Source: Acidimicrobiia bacterium
GTDB taxonomy: Bacteria; Actinomycetota; Acidimicrobiia; IMCC26256; JAGNEX01
Assembly (NCBI GenBank): GCA_018003035.1
Contig: JAGNEX010000004.1
Location: forward strand, 651 to 64,650
Direction of reading: 5' to 3'
Length of the DNA stretch: 64,000 nucleotides
Shown: in pieces, positions 10,102 through 17,425 of the stretch
How the letters are laid out: each line of letters opens with the position of its first letter
Position numbering within the stretch: position 1 is the stretch's first letter
Notes under the pieces: generated by a model
What the model was told of the DNA's origin: nothing
The model's database searches: none
Seen by the model: the letters and a program-made list of their open reading frames with translations, nothing else
Translations under genes and position numbers: made by a program

Positions 10102-11948
10102 TCGTCGCCCTCAACCAGGATCACCGACGAGTTTTTGCCCGCTTTGGACGCTTTCGTCGGGACGGCAGTCGTAGGGGTGCTCGCCGACTCTCTGCTCTGA
10201 GAGATCGCCGTCTCGCTCGCGACTTGTTCGTCGTCGGGTGCGATGCCGTGCTGAGCCATCAGCTGGCTCACCACATCCGAGAACACCGGGGCGGCTAGGA
10301 CACCGCCGTAGTACTCACCGTTTTCTGGATTCTCGATCCGGACGAGAACGACAAACTCCGGGTCCCGGCCTGGAGCAAAGCCGACAAAGCTCCCGTGGTA
10401 GGACGATGACACGTTCGACGGCATATAGAGGCCGTCGAGGCCCACGATCCGCGGCGTTCCGGTCTTGCCGCCGACCTCGTAACCCGGCACATCTGCGCTC
10501 CCGCCTGTTCCGGCCTCTTCCGAAACGACCTCCCGCAGCAGCACACGCATGACGCGCGCGGTCTCTTGGGAGATCACTCGATGCCCCGACTTGGGCTCGA
10601 TGTCGACTTCGGATCCGTCCGCGGCGATGAGCGACGCCCCAAGGTGGGGCGGCATGCGCACACCGTCGTTGGCGATGACGCCATACGCCAGCGCCATCTG
10701 AAGCGCCGAGGCGGTGATGCCCTGCCCGATCGCATAGGTCGGCAGGGTGGAGTCCCGCCAGTCGTCGGTGAGCAAGCCGTCAGCTTCGACAGGCAGATCA
10801 ATTCCGGTCGCGTTTCCAAAACCAAAGGCTGCGAGGTAGTGGCGAAAGCGCTCTTCGCCGAGTTTGCGGGCGATCTGGACCGTTCCGGTGTTGGACGAAG
10901 TCACCAGAATGTTCGCCACGGTCTGCTGCGGGGCTCCGTCGTGGACGTTCGTGATGCTCCGGCCCTCAGCAAGCGGAATGCGCGTCGGAACGTCGATCAG
11001 CGTGTCGGGCGTGACGACGCCATCTTCAAGAGCCCCCGCGACTGCAACGATCTTCATGATCGACCCCGGGTCGTACGCCAAAGCGACCGACCGGTTCTCA
11101 CCGACCATCAGTCCATCGCCTTTCGTTCCCGGTCCGGTCCGGTTCACCATCGCCATGACGGCGCCAGTGCTTGGATGCAACACGATGCCGACGCCACTCG
11201 CCGCTCGGAACTCTTCGAGCGCCTGGTCGACCCGGTGCTCAAAGAACGCCTGAAGGTCGGCGTCGATGGTGGTCCGGAGATGCTTACCTGGCGTTGACGC
11301 CTTGATCGGAGTGGCCTGTGCAGGGGTCGGCCGACCGTTGGCGTCCGACAAGAAGCAGTGCTCGCCGAGTTCACCCGTCAGCTCAGCTGTGTAGGTCAAT
11401 TCGAGGCCCGCGGCGCCCGCCAAGCCGCCGGTCTCTTCGTCCTCGTTAGTAATACCGAGGACGGGTCGGAGGAACTCGTCACCGTTTGGAAACACGCGGG
11501 CGTAACGCCGGATCACATGCAGCGCCCGAATCGAACGTTCCTCGACAGCGTGGGCCTGGGTAGCGGTGAGATCGCCCACCACCTTTGACCAGGTGCTGTT
11601 GGCGCGTAGCGCTTCGAGCAAGTCAGCAGGATCAAGCTCGGCGGCTTCGGCAATGAGGCGCGCTGTTCCCTTCGGATTGGTTACGTCCTTTGGGTTTACA
11701 AAGATGTCAGCGCGTTCGACAGTTCGGACGAGGGTGCGCCCGTGCCGGTCAACAATGTCGCCCCGCCGCCCGTAAAGAGGGACACAGCGGGATCCCTGGC
11801 GGAGCGCGTTGATGGCGACGCCGCCAGCCTCGCTTTCGCCAGCCAACGCCAAGTGCGTGGATCGGTACCCCAAAGCGACGAGCATCGTGCCCGACAGGCC
11901 ACCGGCGAGGAACAGACGTCGTGTGATTCGCGGAGCGGGTTCGGTCAT
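10098..11948 (-). CDS. ftsI: class B penicillin-binding protein / peptidoglycan D,D-transpeptidase (FtsI-type)
   Basis: 616-aa ORF. N-terminal TM (RRLFLAGGLSGTMLVALG). Transpeptidase triad SxxK (GSIMKIV), SxN (TSSNTG), KTG (GGKTGTP). Confidence 0.9.
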   Translation of the reverse strand: MTEPAPRITRRLFLAGGLSGTMLVALGYRSTHLALAGESEAGGVAINALRQGSRCVPLYGRRGDIVDRHGRTLVRTVERADIFVNPKDVTNPKGTARLIAEAAELDPADLLEALRANSTWSKVVGDLTATQAHAVEERSIRALHVIRRYARVFPNGDEFLRPVLGITNEDEETGGLAGAAGLELTYTAELTGELGEHCFLSDANGRPTPAQATPIKASTPGKHLRTTIDADLQAFFEHRVDQALEEFRAASGVGIVLHPSTGAVMAMVNRTGPGTKGDGLMVGENRSVALAYDPGSIMKIVAVAGALEDGVVTPDTLIDVPTRIPLAEGRSITNVHDGAPQQTVANILVTSSNTGTVQIARKLGEERFRHYLAAFGFGNATGIDLPVEADGLLTDDWRDSTLPTYAIGQGITASALQMALAYGVIANDGVRMPPHLGASLIAADGSEVDIEPKSGHRVISQETARVMRVLLREVVSEEAGTGGSADVPGYEVGGKTGTPRIVGLDGLYMPSNVSSSYHGSFVGFAPGRDPEFVVLVRIENPENGEYYGGVLAAPVFSDVVSQLMAQHGIAPDDEQVASETAISQSRESASTPTTAVPTKASKAGKNSSVILVEGDE

Positions 11949-12679
11949 CGTGTCGCCTTTGTTCCGTTCGGGATCTCGATGATCTCTACCTCGTCGGCCG
12001 AAGTGCTTGCGGCGGAATCTTTGGCGCTGACCTTTTGGTCCGGCCGGGACTGCTCGTCGGACCCGTCTTCGACGGTGTCGCCTGCGACTGCAGTCGAGGT
12101 TGCCTGTGCCTTGTCGTCCGCAGCAGAGCTTCGAGCATCGACGGCGTCTGCCTCTGCGGCGCCAGGGCCGATCTCGATGACTTGGGTTTGATTGTCTGCC
12201 GCGGCAGTGCTGGTGCCTTCGCCCGGCACGACGACAAAGCCGTTGTGTCCTTGGGTTTCTTCTAGGCCAGCGTCGAGAACGCGGGTTGACGCTTCCACTC
12301 CATCGACCTGTTCGCGCAGGCTGTCGATCTCGCCGCGGAGCCGCTCGTTGCCGGTTTCGATGCCGTCTAGTTGGCGCTGGGATGCGACCAAATGCGCTTC
12401 CAGCGCCATCGCGCCGAACAGCAAGCCGACGACAACCACGGCTCCGACGATCAGGAGTCTGCGCGCCGCCGGCGTGACGTTTCGCCGCGGTTCGGCGGCC
12501 TTTGACCGTTGAGACGGATCAACAGCATCGGCGTTGCGGGCCGTTGCACGCGTGTTGCCGAACGTCTGGCGACCTGGATTCGGTGCCCCACCTCGTTTGC
12601 CTTGGGGCGCAGGGGTCGAACGTCGCGGGCCGGGTTTCGGCGCCTGAACGTCAGAGCGCGTTCGCAAGCTATTCATCAT
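11945..12679 (-). CDS. ftsL: FtsL-like cell division membrane protein (single TM + coiled coil, long disordered ends)
   Basis: 244-aa ORF in the canonical ftsL slot between rsmH and ftsI. Basic N-terminus, TM LLIVGAVVVVGLLFGAMAL, then a heptad-like segment (QRQLDGIETGNERLRGEIDSLREQVDG). The call rests on position and architecture only. Confidence 0.6.
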   Translation of the reverse strand: MMNSLRTRSDVQAPKPGPRRSTPAPQGKRGGAPNPGRQTFGNTRATARNADAVDPSQRSKAAEPRRNVTPAARRLLIVGAVVVVGLLFGAMALEAHLVASQRQLDGIETGNERLRGEIDSLREQVDGVEASTRVLDAGLEETQGHNGFVVVPGEGTSTAAADNQTQVIEIGPGAAEADAVDARSSAADDKAQATSTAVAGDTVEDGSDEQSRPDQKVSAKDSAASTSADEVEIIEIPNGTKATR

Positions 12680-13718
12680 GTGACTCCTTGCTCATCCCCT
12701 GAGCTGGGCTTTCGGCCGCGACGCGAGTGATCGCGCGCAACCGGGCGCTCCGGGCACGAGGGTTGGCAGCGATTTCAGATGGCCGCGGTGTCCACTTGCC
12801 GAGCGATCGGGCAGGCGGTGCGGATTCGGTGTTGGGCATGAGGCGCTCCGGTCCCCGCGATGTCTGGCCAGGGTGGGTCAGGGCTCGAAACTTCGCCTTG
12901 ACCATCCGGTCCTCAAGGGAGTGGTAGGAGATCACTGCGAGGCGGCCGCCAACGGCCAGCCGCCGCCAAGCTGCATCCAATAGACGATCTAGTTGGCCGA
13001 GTTCATCGTTGACGGCGATGCGCAGTGCTTGAAAGGTGCGCGCAGCGGGGTGGCCACGGCGTTTGCGAGCGACCCCGGGCACCGCGCCCTCGACGATGTC
13101 GGCGAGCTGGCCGGTCGTTTCGATATCGCCAGCGGACTTCACGGCCGTCGCAATGCGCCGCGAGAACTTCTCATCGCCGAGCCTCCAGAGCAGGTCAGCG
13201 AGATCGCCGGTGTCCAAGCTGTCGATCAACTCCCTGGCCGTCTGGCCGTCCCCACCCATACGCATGTCGAGCGGACCGGACCGTTGATACGAGAAGCCCC
13301 GTTCGGCGCGGTCGACCTGTGGACTGGACACGCCGAGATCGGCGAGCACACCAACGAGCGGCGCGTCAGGGTGGAACCCGCTCGCCTGGGCCGCATCGAC
13401 GGCTGCGTCGAAGTCCCCAAACGCTCCCAACACGAAGAAGATCCGGTCAACGGGGTCAGAGTTTGTGTCGGTGGATGTTTCTGTAGCTGTCGTGGTCGAC
13501 TTCAACGCCATGGCCATGGTCATCGCGATGTCGTCCCGGTCGATCCCGATGACGGCGGCATTTGGGTTCGCTTCGAGGATGGCCGTCGTGTGGCCTCCCC
13601 CGCCGAAGGTTGCGTCGACGACAATCCCGTCGACTTCGGAGAACAGCGACTGGACCTCGTCCATGAGAACAGGTTGGTGGTGGAACCCGTCTGGGGTTCC
13701 GGAGCTGTCACGGCACAT
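12669..13718 (-). CDS. rsmH: 16S rRNA (cytosine1402-N4)-methyltransferase
   Basis: Motifs HQPVLMDEV, VDATFGGGGH, SYHSLEDR. The ORF track gives a 651-aa reading frame open up to 14624 that runs through mraZ. I place the start at the ATG at 13718 (MCRDSSGTPDGFHHQPVL), preceded by GAGGAA. Confidence 0.88.
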   Translation of the reverse strand: MCRDSSGTPDGFHHQPVLMDEVQSLFSEVDGIVVDATFGGGGHTTAILEANPNAAVIGIDRDDIAMTMAMALKSTTTATETSTDTNSDPVDRIFFVLGAFGDFDAAVDAAQASGFHPDAPLVGVLADLGVSSPQVDRAERGFSYQRSGPLDMRMGGDGQTARELIDSLDTGDLADLLWRLGDEKFSRRIATAVKSAGDIETTGQLADIVEGAVPGVARKRRGHPAARTFQALRIAVNDELGQLDRLLDAAWRRLAVGGRLAVISYHSLEDRMVKAKFRALTHPGQTSRGPERLMPNTESAPPARSLGKWTPRPSEIAANPRARSARLRAITRVAAESPAQGMSKESHDE

Positions 13719-13719
13719 A

Positions 13720-13816
13720 TTCAGTTCCTCGACCAGCCGAGTGCGGCCGTCGGGGCGAACCGAGCGGCTGATGGCGGGCGAAGTAGGGACGCACCCATGC
13801 CGGCCGAGGAACTGAA
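13720..13816 (-). promoter_or_regulatory. Structured mraZ-rsmH spacer: 12-bp helix pairing UUCCUC-containing arm with the rsmH Shine-Dalgarno (possible mraW-motif-like leader)
   Basis: 13720-13731 (ttcagttcctcg) is the perfect reverse complement of 13805-13816 (cgaggaactgaa). In the minus-strand RNA the 3' arm CGAGGAACUGAA ends 1 nt before the rsmH AUG. There is a nested CAGCCG/CGGCUG helix inside. Confidence 0.5.
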
Positions 13817-13855
13817 AATATGTCGTGACCTTGCTCCGTCCTTTCGAGCAACCCT

Positions 13856-14275
13856 TTAGGCGGTCGAGCTCGCCGCCGTGCCGAGCACACGTTGATAGGC
13901 CTCGGGATCCCAAAGTTCGACGTGGGTAATTCCACCGAGGATCTGCACTTGATCGGTGATCCCCGCCAGGTTCTGCAACTCGCTTGGAAGGGCGATGCGC
14001 CCCGCTTTGTCCAAACGGACATCCTCGAGGTGCATCAGCACCCTGCGAACCTCGTCGCGTTCGGCCATATCGCCTGTCCGCAACCTGGTCAGCAGCTCTT
14101 CCCGGCGATATGCCCATTCCTCGGCCGAGTAGAGCATCAGCGCTCCGTGATCGCCGAGTGAGAGCACCGCTTCGCTCATGAACGGCTCCCGAAACTTGCG
14201 CGGCAGCACCACTCGACCTTTGTCGTCGACTGAGTGGCTGTAGGTGCCAAGCAGGTTGCAGGTGGTTTCGCTCAT
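13856..14275 (-). CDS. mraZ: transcriptional regulator MraZ
   Basis: 139-aa ORF with the duplicated MraZ/SpoVT-AbrB half-domains (LLGTYSHSVDDKGRVVLPRKFR and RLDKAGRIALPSEL). First gene of the dcw cluster. Confidence 0.9.
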   Translation of the reverse strand: MSETTCNLLGTYSHSVDDKGRVVLPRKFREPFMSEAVLSLGDHGALMLYSAEEWAYRREELLTRLRTGDMAERDEVRRVLMHLEDVRLDKAGRIALPSELQNLAGITDQVQILGGITHVELWDPEAYQRVLGTAASSTA

Positions 14276-14345
14276 ATCTCGCCGGGTGTCCAGTCATCGC
14301 CTGGCCGTCGCCTCGTTCGCCTCCGTCCCATCGGTGCTCAAGATA

Positions 14346-14402
14346 ACCCACCGCGCCCCACTTAGGTGCACATTTGCCACATTTTTTCCCACTTTGCCCC
14401 AC
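14346..14402 (-). promoter_or_regulatory. Candidate MraZ operator: five direct GTGG(G/C)N repeats, two pairs at 10-nt spacing
   Basis: Minus-strand read: GTGGGGcaaaGTGGGAaaaaatGTGGCAaatgtgcacctaaGTGGGGcgcgGTGGGTtatctt. The boxes begin at 14402, 14392, 14380, 14361 and 14351. The array lies 70-130 nt upstream of the mraZ ATG. Confidence 0.5.
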
Positions 14403-14639
14403 AACGCGCCCATTTGGGCAGAAAGCGACCCCTTTCTGAGTGTTAACTGTCGACGAACCCGTAACGCGCCCCTGCGGCGAAAGCCCAAGCCCGAGGTACC
14501 AGCGGTCGAAGCCGCAGCGGCGGCTTTCGGGCGGAGCGGCAGACAACGGACTGCTTCTGACCTGGGTACCGCCGAGACAGCGCCCAGGAATCCGAGCGCG
14601 ACACGACGTCACGAGCATCCACACGGCCGGGAAAGCCGA

Positions 14640-14689
14640 CGCGACCCAGATCGCCCTATTAAGACGTGACCCAGATCGCCCTATTAAGA
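14640..14689. repeat. Tandem direct repeat, 2 x 25 nt (CG[C/T]GACCCAGATCGCCCTATTAAGA)
   Basis: 14640-14664 and 14665-14689 are identical except for one position (c14642 vs t14667). The repeat is locally AT-rich (CTATTAAGA) in a GC-rich intergenic region upstream of the dcw cluster. Confidence 0.9.
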
Positions 14690-14885
14690 GGTGGCCGACG
14701 ATGCGTCAGCGGCCGCTAACTCCCGGCGTCAACGGTTACGAGATCCTGCACCGGTCGCTGCCGGCGACCCGACGGGGCACAAGGTCTAGGCGGACCGGCG
14801 CCAACTTCTGTCCGGCCCGGGCGAGGATCGTTCAACAACGACGCCGACCGGGCGTTGGGGTAGCACCCCGACGGATCGGACGGCC

Positions 14886-15125
14886 CTAGAGACGCCGCAT
14901 CTGTTTGACCCACTCCAGATAGCGAATGAAGTCAGAGCTACCGATCGGAGCGTCGGCGTTGCCGTAGGCCGTGAGTTCGCGAAATCTCAAATACTCGGTA
15001 TCAGGACGCGGAAGTCCCTTCCGCCACCAGCGCCTGGGTAGAGTCCGGACTGCCAGGAACAGCGCTGTCGTCCAGAGCCATGGGCGGATCAAAACCGCCA
15101 CAAACTTTTGGCGATCAATACCCAT
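14886..15125 (-). CDS. small hypothetical membrane protein (79 aa)
   Basis: ORF with one hydrophobic segment (VAVLIRPWLWTTALFLAV) and Trp/Arg-rich motifs (PRRWWRKGLPRP, YLRFRELTAYG, FIRYLEW). Third-position GC looks coding-like. No family recognised. Confidence 0.5.
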   Translation of the reverse strand: MGIDRQKFVAVLIRPWLWTTALFLAVRTLPRRWWRKGLPRPDTEYLRFRELTAYGNADAPIGSSDFIRYLEWVKQMRRL

Positions 15126-15269
15126 ACCGGGTGAATGCCTTTCAAACCCGAGCCAAATACAAATAGCGCACGCAAACTAGACGACAACGCCTCCTAGACT
15201 GGTACCCCCATCTCCTTGGCCGCCCTTGTCGGGCCGTCAGACGCCCACCCGCAAAAACGAGAGACCGGT

Positions 15270-16217
15270 ATGTCCGCATCGTGGTTTTCCGAACGCTTTT
15301 CCGATCTTGCAGGCAACATCGCCACCGTCATTCGCGGTAAAGACGACGTCATCCGTCAAGCGTTGATCTGCTTGTTCGCGGAGGGACACATCCTGATCGA
15401 GGACGTCCCCGGCACCGGTAAAACGTCGCTGGCCCGAGCCCTGGCACAGTCGATCGAGGGTTCGTGGCGACGCATTCAGTTCACCCCCGACCTGCTCCCA
15501 TCCGACATCACCGGTACGACCGTGTGGCGTCGCTCGAGCGACGACTTTGAGTTCCGGCCGGGCCCGGTCTTTGCAAACATCGTCCTCGCTGACGAGATCA
15601 ACCGTGCATCGCCAAAGACCCAGGCAGCACTCCTCGAGGTCATGGAAGAGCACCAAGTCACGGTGGACAAGCGCTCTTACAAGGTCAGGCCGCCTTTTGT
15701 GGTGGTCGCCACGCAGAACCCGATCGAACATGACGGCACCTATCCCCTGCCTGAGGCGCAGCTCGACCGTTTCATGATGCGGATCCACATGGGCTATCCG
15801 GATCGGGTCGCCGAGTTGGCCGTTCTCGAATCCCACGGTGGCGATGTAGAGCCACCCGTTATCACGCCGGTGGTTTCCCTGGAAGAGGTTCGCAAGCTCG
15901 CAGCGACCTCACATCAGACCTACGTGGCCCCGCCCGTCCGCAACTACCTCCTCGATGTGGTCCTTGCGACACGAAACAACGAGTCCCTTCGCCTCGGGGC
16001 CAGTCCTCGTGGCGCCGTCGCACTGCAACGGGCAGCGATCGTTGCTGCCGCCGCTGCAGGTCGCGACTACGTCGTTCCCGATGACGTAAAGATGCTCGCA
16101 ACTCCCGTGTTGGCACACCGCCTCGTGCTGTCGGGTGAAGCAACCTTCCGGGGACTGAAAACCAACACCATCGTCGACGAGATCCTGAGCGCAGTGCCGG
16201 TTCCGAAAGGTCGATGA
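15270..16217 (+). CDS. MoxR-family AAA+ ATPase
   Basis: Walker A GVPGTGKTSLA, Walker B LADEINRASP, VVATQNPIE. The ORF track starts at TTG 15216; the ATG at 15270 (MSASWFSERF) is the more likely start. Confidence 0.9.
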   Translation: MSASWFSERFSDLAGNIATVIRGKDDVIRQALICLFAEGHILIEDVPGTGKTSLARALAQSIEGSWRRIQFTPDLLPSDITGTTVWRRSSDDFEFRPGPVFANIVLADEINRASPKTQAALLEVMEEHQVTVDKRSYKVRPPFVVVATQNPIEHDGTYPLPEAQLDRFMMRIHMGYPDRVAELAVLESHGGDVEPPVITPVVSLEEVRKLAATSHQTYVAPPVRNYLLDVVLATRNNESLRLGASPRGAVALQRAAIVAAAAAGRDYVVPDDVKMLATPVLAHRLVLSGEATFRGLKTNTIVDEILSAVPVPKGR

Positions 16218-17425
16218 TGCGCGTAACGGCGCGTGGACTCGCGCTCGCCTTCGTGGCGGCTGGCTGTTATGCCCTGGGGCGTGCGATCGGTGTTACCGAA
16301 TTGCTGATGATGGCCAGCGCCTGCCTCGTCGTGTTCGTCATCGCTGCTGCTGCCATGGTGATTCAACGAGGCAACGTGCGCGTTGTGCGCAGCCTGGACC
16401 CCACCTACGTCTCTGTGGGTGACGAAGCCATCGTCACCCTGTCGGCGGTCAATCTGAGCAACCGCAGCTCGGGAGATCTCGTCCTCGTTGAACAGGCCGG
16501 CGACGTTTCACGCTCGCTCCCCCTCGAATCGATCCCTGGCGGCGTCGCAGCCGAGACCCGCTACCGCTGTCACCCGCAGCGCCGCGGTCGCATGAGGATT
16601 GGGCCCGCGCTGATCCGGCGCAGCGACATCTTTGGTTTGATGCGACGCGACCGCCAAGACCCTCGCGTCGACGAGTTGCTCGTTCTTCCCCGGGTGCACC
16701 GCATCGCTCCCCCGTACCGTGTCGCTTCGAGAGCTAATTCGCAGGATCGCTCGGCGCGCGTCTCAAGCAGCGGCGACGCCGAGTTCCACGCGCTGCGCGA
16801 CTACGTCGAGGGGGACGATCTGCGCCATGTCCACTGGGCGTCGTCTGCTCGGTTTGGCACCCTCGTCGTCCGGCAACACGAGTATTTCGAGCCGACGGCC
16901 GTCACTCTCCTGCTAGATCAGCGGCCGGGAAGCAGCGAGGACGAAGCCGAGTTCGGCGTCGAAGTCTGCGCCTCGGTGGCGAGCGCGGCGCTCGATGACC
17001 GACAGCGTCTGATCATTATCGGTAGTTCCACTCCCTCCCGGCGTTTCACGGCCGATGAGCGTTTGCCGATGCTCTCCCACCTCGCCGATGTACCAGTCCA
17101 GGTTCAAGGTTCTCTTAGGAGAGCGTTACGTGAATGCCGCGCGTCGGCCGGCGGCGGCATCCTTGTCGTCGTGACACCCAATGTGAGCGAAGAAACATTG
17201 GTGGACATCGCTGAGCTGAGCACGGGATTTCCACGGGTACATGTCGTGGCAATCGGCGGATCGTCTGCCCTCAGCGTGGTTCGCAACACCCTGAGCCGCC
17301 GAGGCGGCGAATCTCCCATGTCAGTGGTGGTGGCAGGTGACGCCGACTCCTTAGCTATCAACTGGAACGCTCTGGCGACCCTCGGTTCGCTCTCCGCTGA
17401 CGCAATGGCAAAGGCTTCTCTATGA
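16214..17425 (+). CDS. DUF58 (vWA-like) domain protein, MoxR partner
   Basis: 403-aa ORF. Two N-terminal TMs and the DUF58 signature FHALRDYVEGDDLRHVHWASSAR. 4-nt overlaps with both neighbours. Confidence 0.85.
   Translation: MMRVTARGLALAFVAAGCYALGRAIGVTELLMMASACLVVFVIAAAAMVIQRGNVRVVRSLDPTYVSVGDEAIVTLSAVNLSNRSSGDLVLVEQAGDVSRSLPLESIPGGVAAETRYRCHPQRRGRMRIGPALIRRSDIFGLMRRDRQDPRVDELLVLPRVHRIAPPYRVASRANSQDRSARVSSSGDAEFHALRDYVEGDDLRHVHWASSARFGTLVVRQHEYFEPTAVTLLLDQRPGSSEDEAEFGVEVCASVASAALDDRQRLIIIGSSTPSRRFTADERLPMLSHLADVPVQVQGSLRRALRECRASAGGGILVVVTPNVSEETLVDIAELSTGFPRVHVVAIGGSSALSVVRNTLSRRGGESPMSVVVAGDADSLAINWNALATLGSLSADAMAKASL

Noticed and set aside
12669-14624. 651-aa minus-strand ORF in the track, suggesting a giant RsmH fusion
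   Set aside because: The RsmH homology starts only at about aa 303 (HHQPVLMDEV). The upstream part is Arg/Gly/Ser-rich nonsense-like sequence and overlaps the well-supported mraZ gene in another frame. An ATG with a GAGGAA SD at 13718 gives a normal-length RsmH.
14640-14689. Possible CRISPR array
   Set aside because: There are only two directly abutting 25-nt copies, no spacers, and no cas genes in the window. It is a simple tandem duplication.
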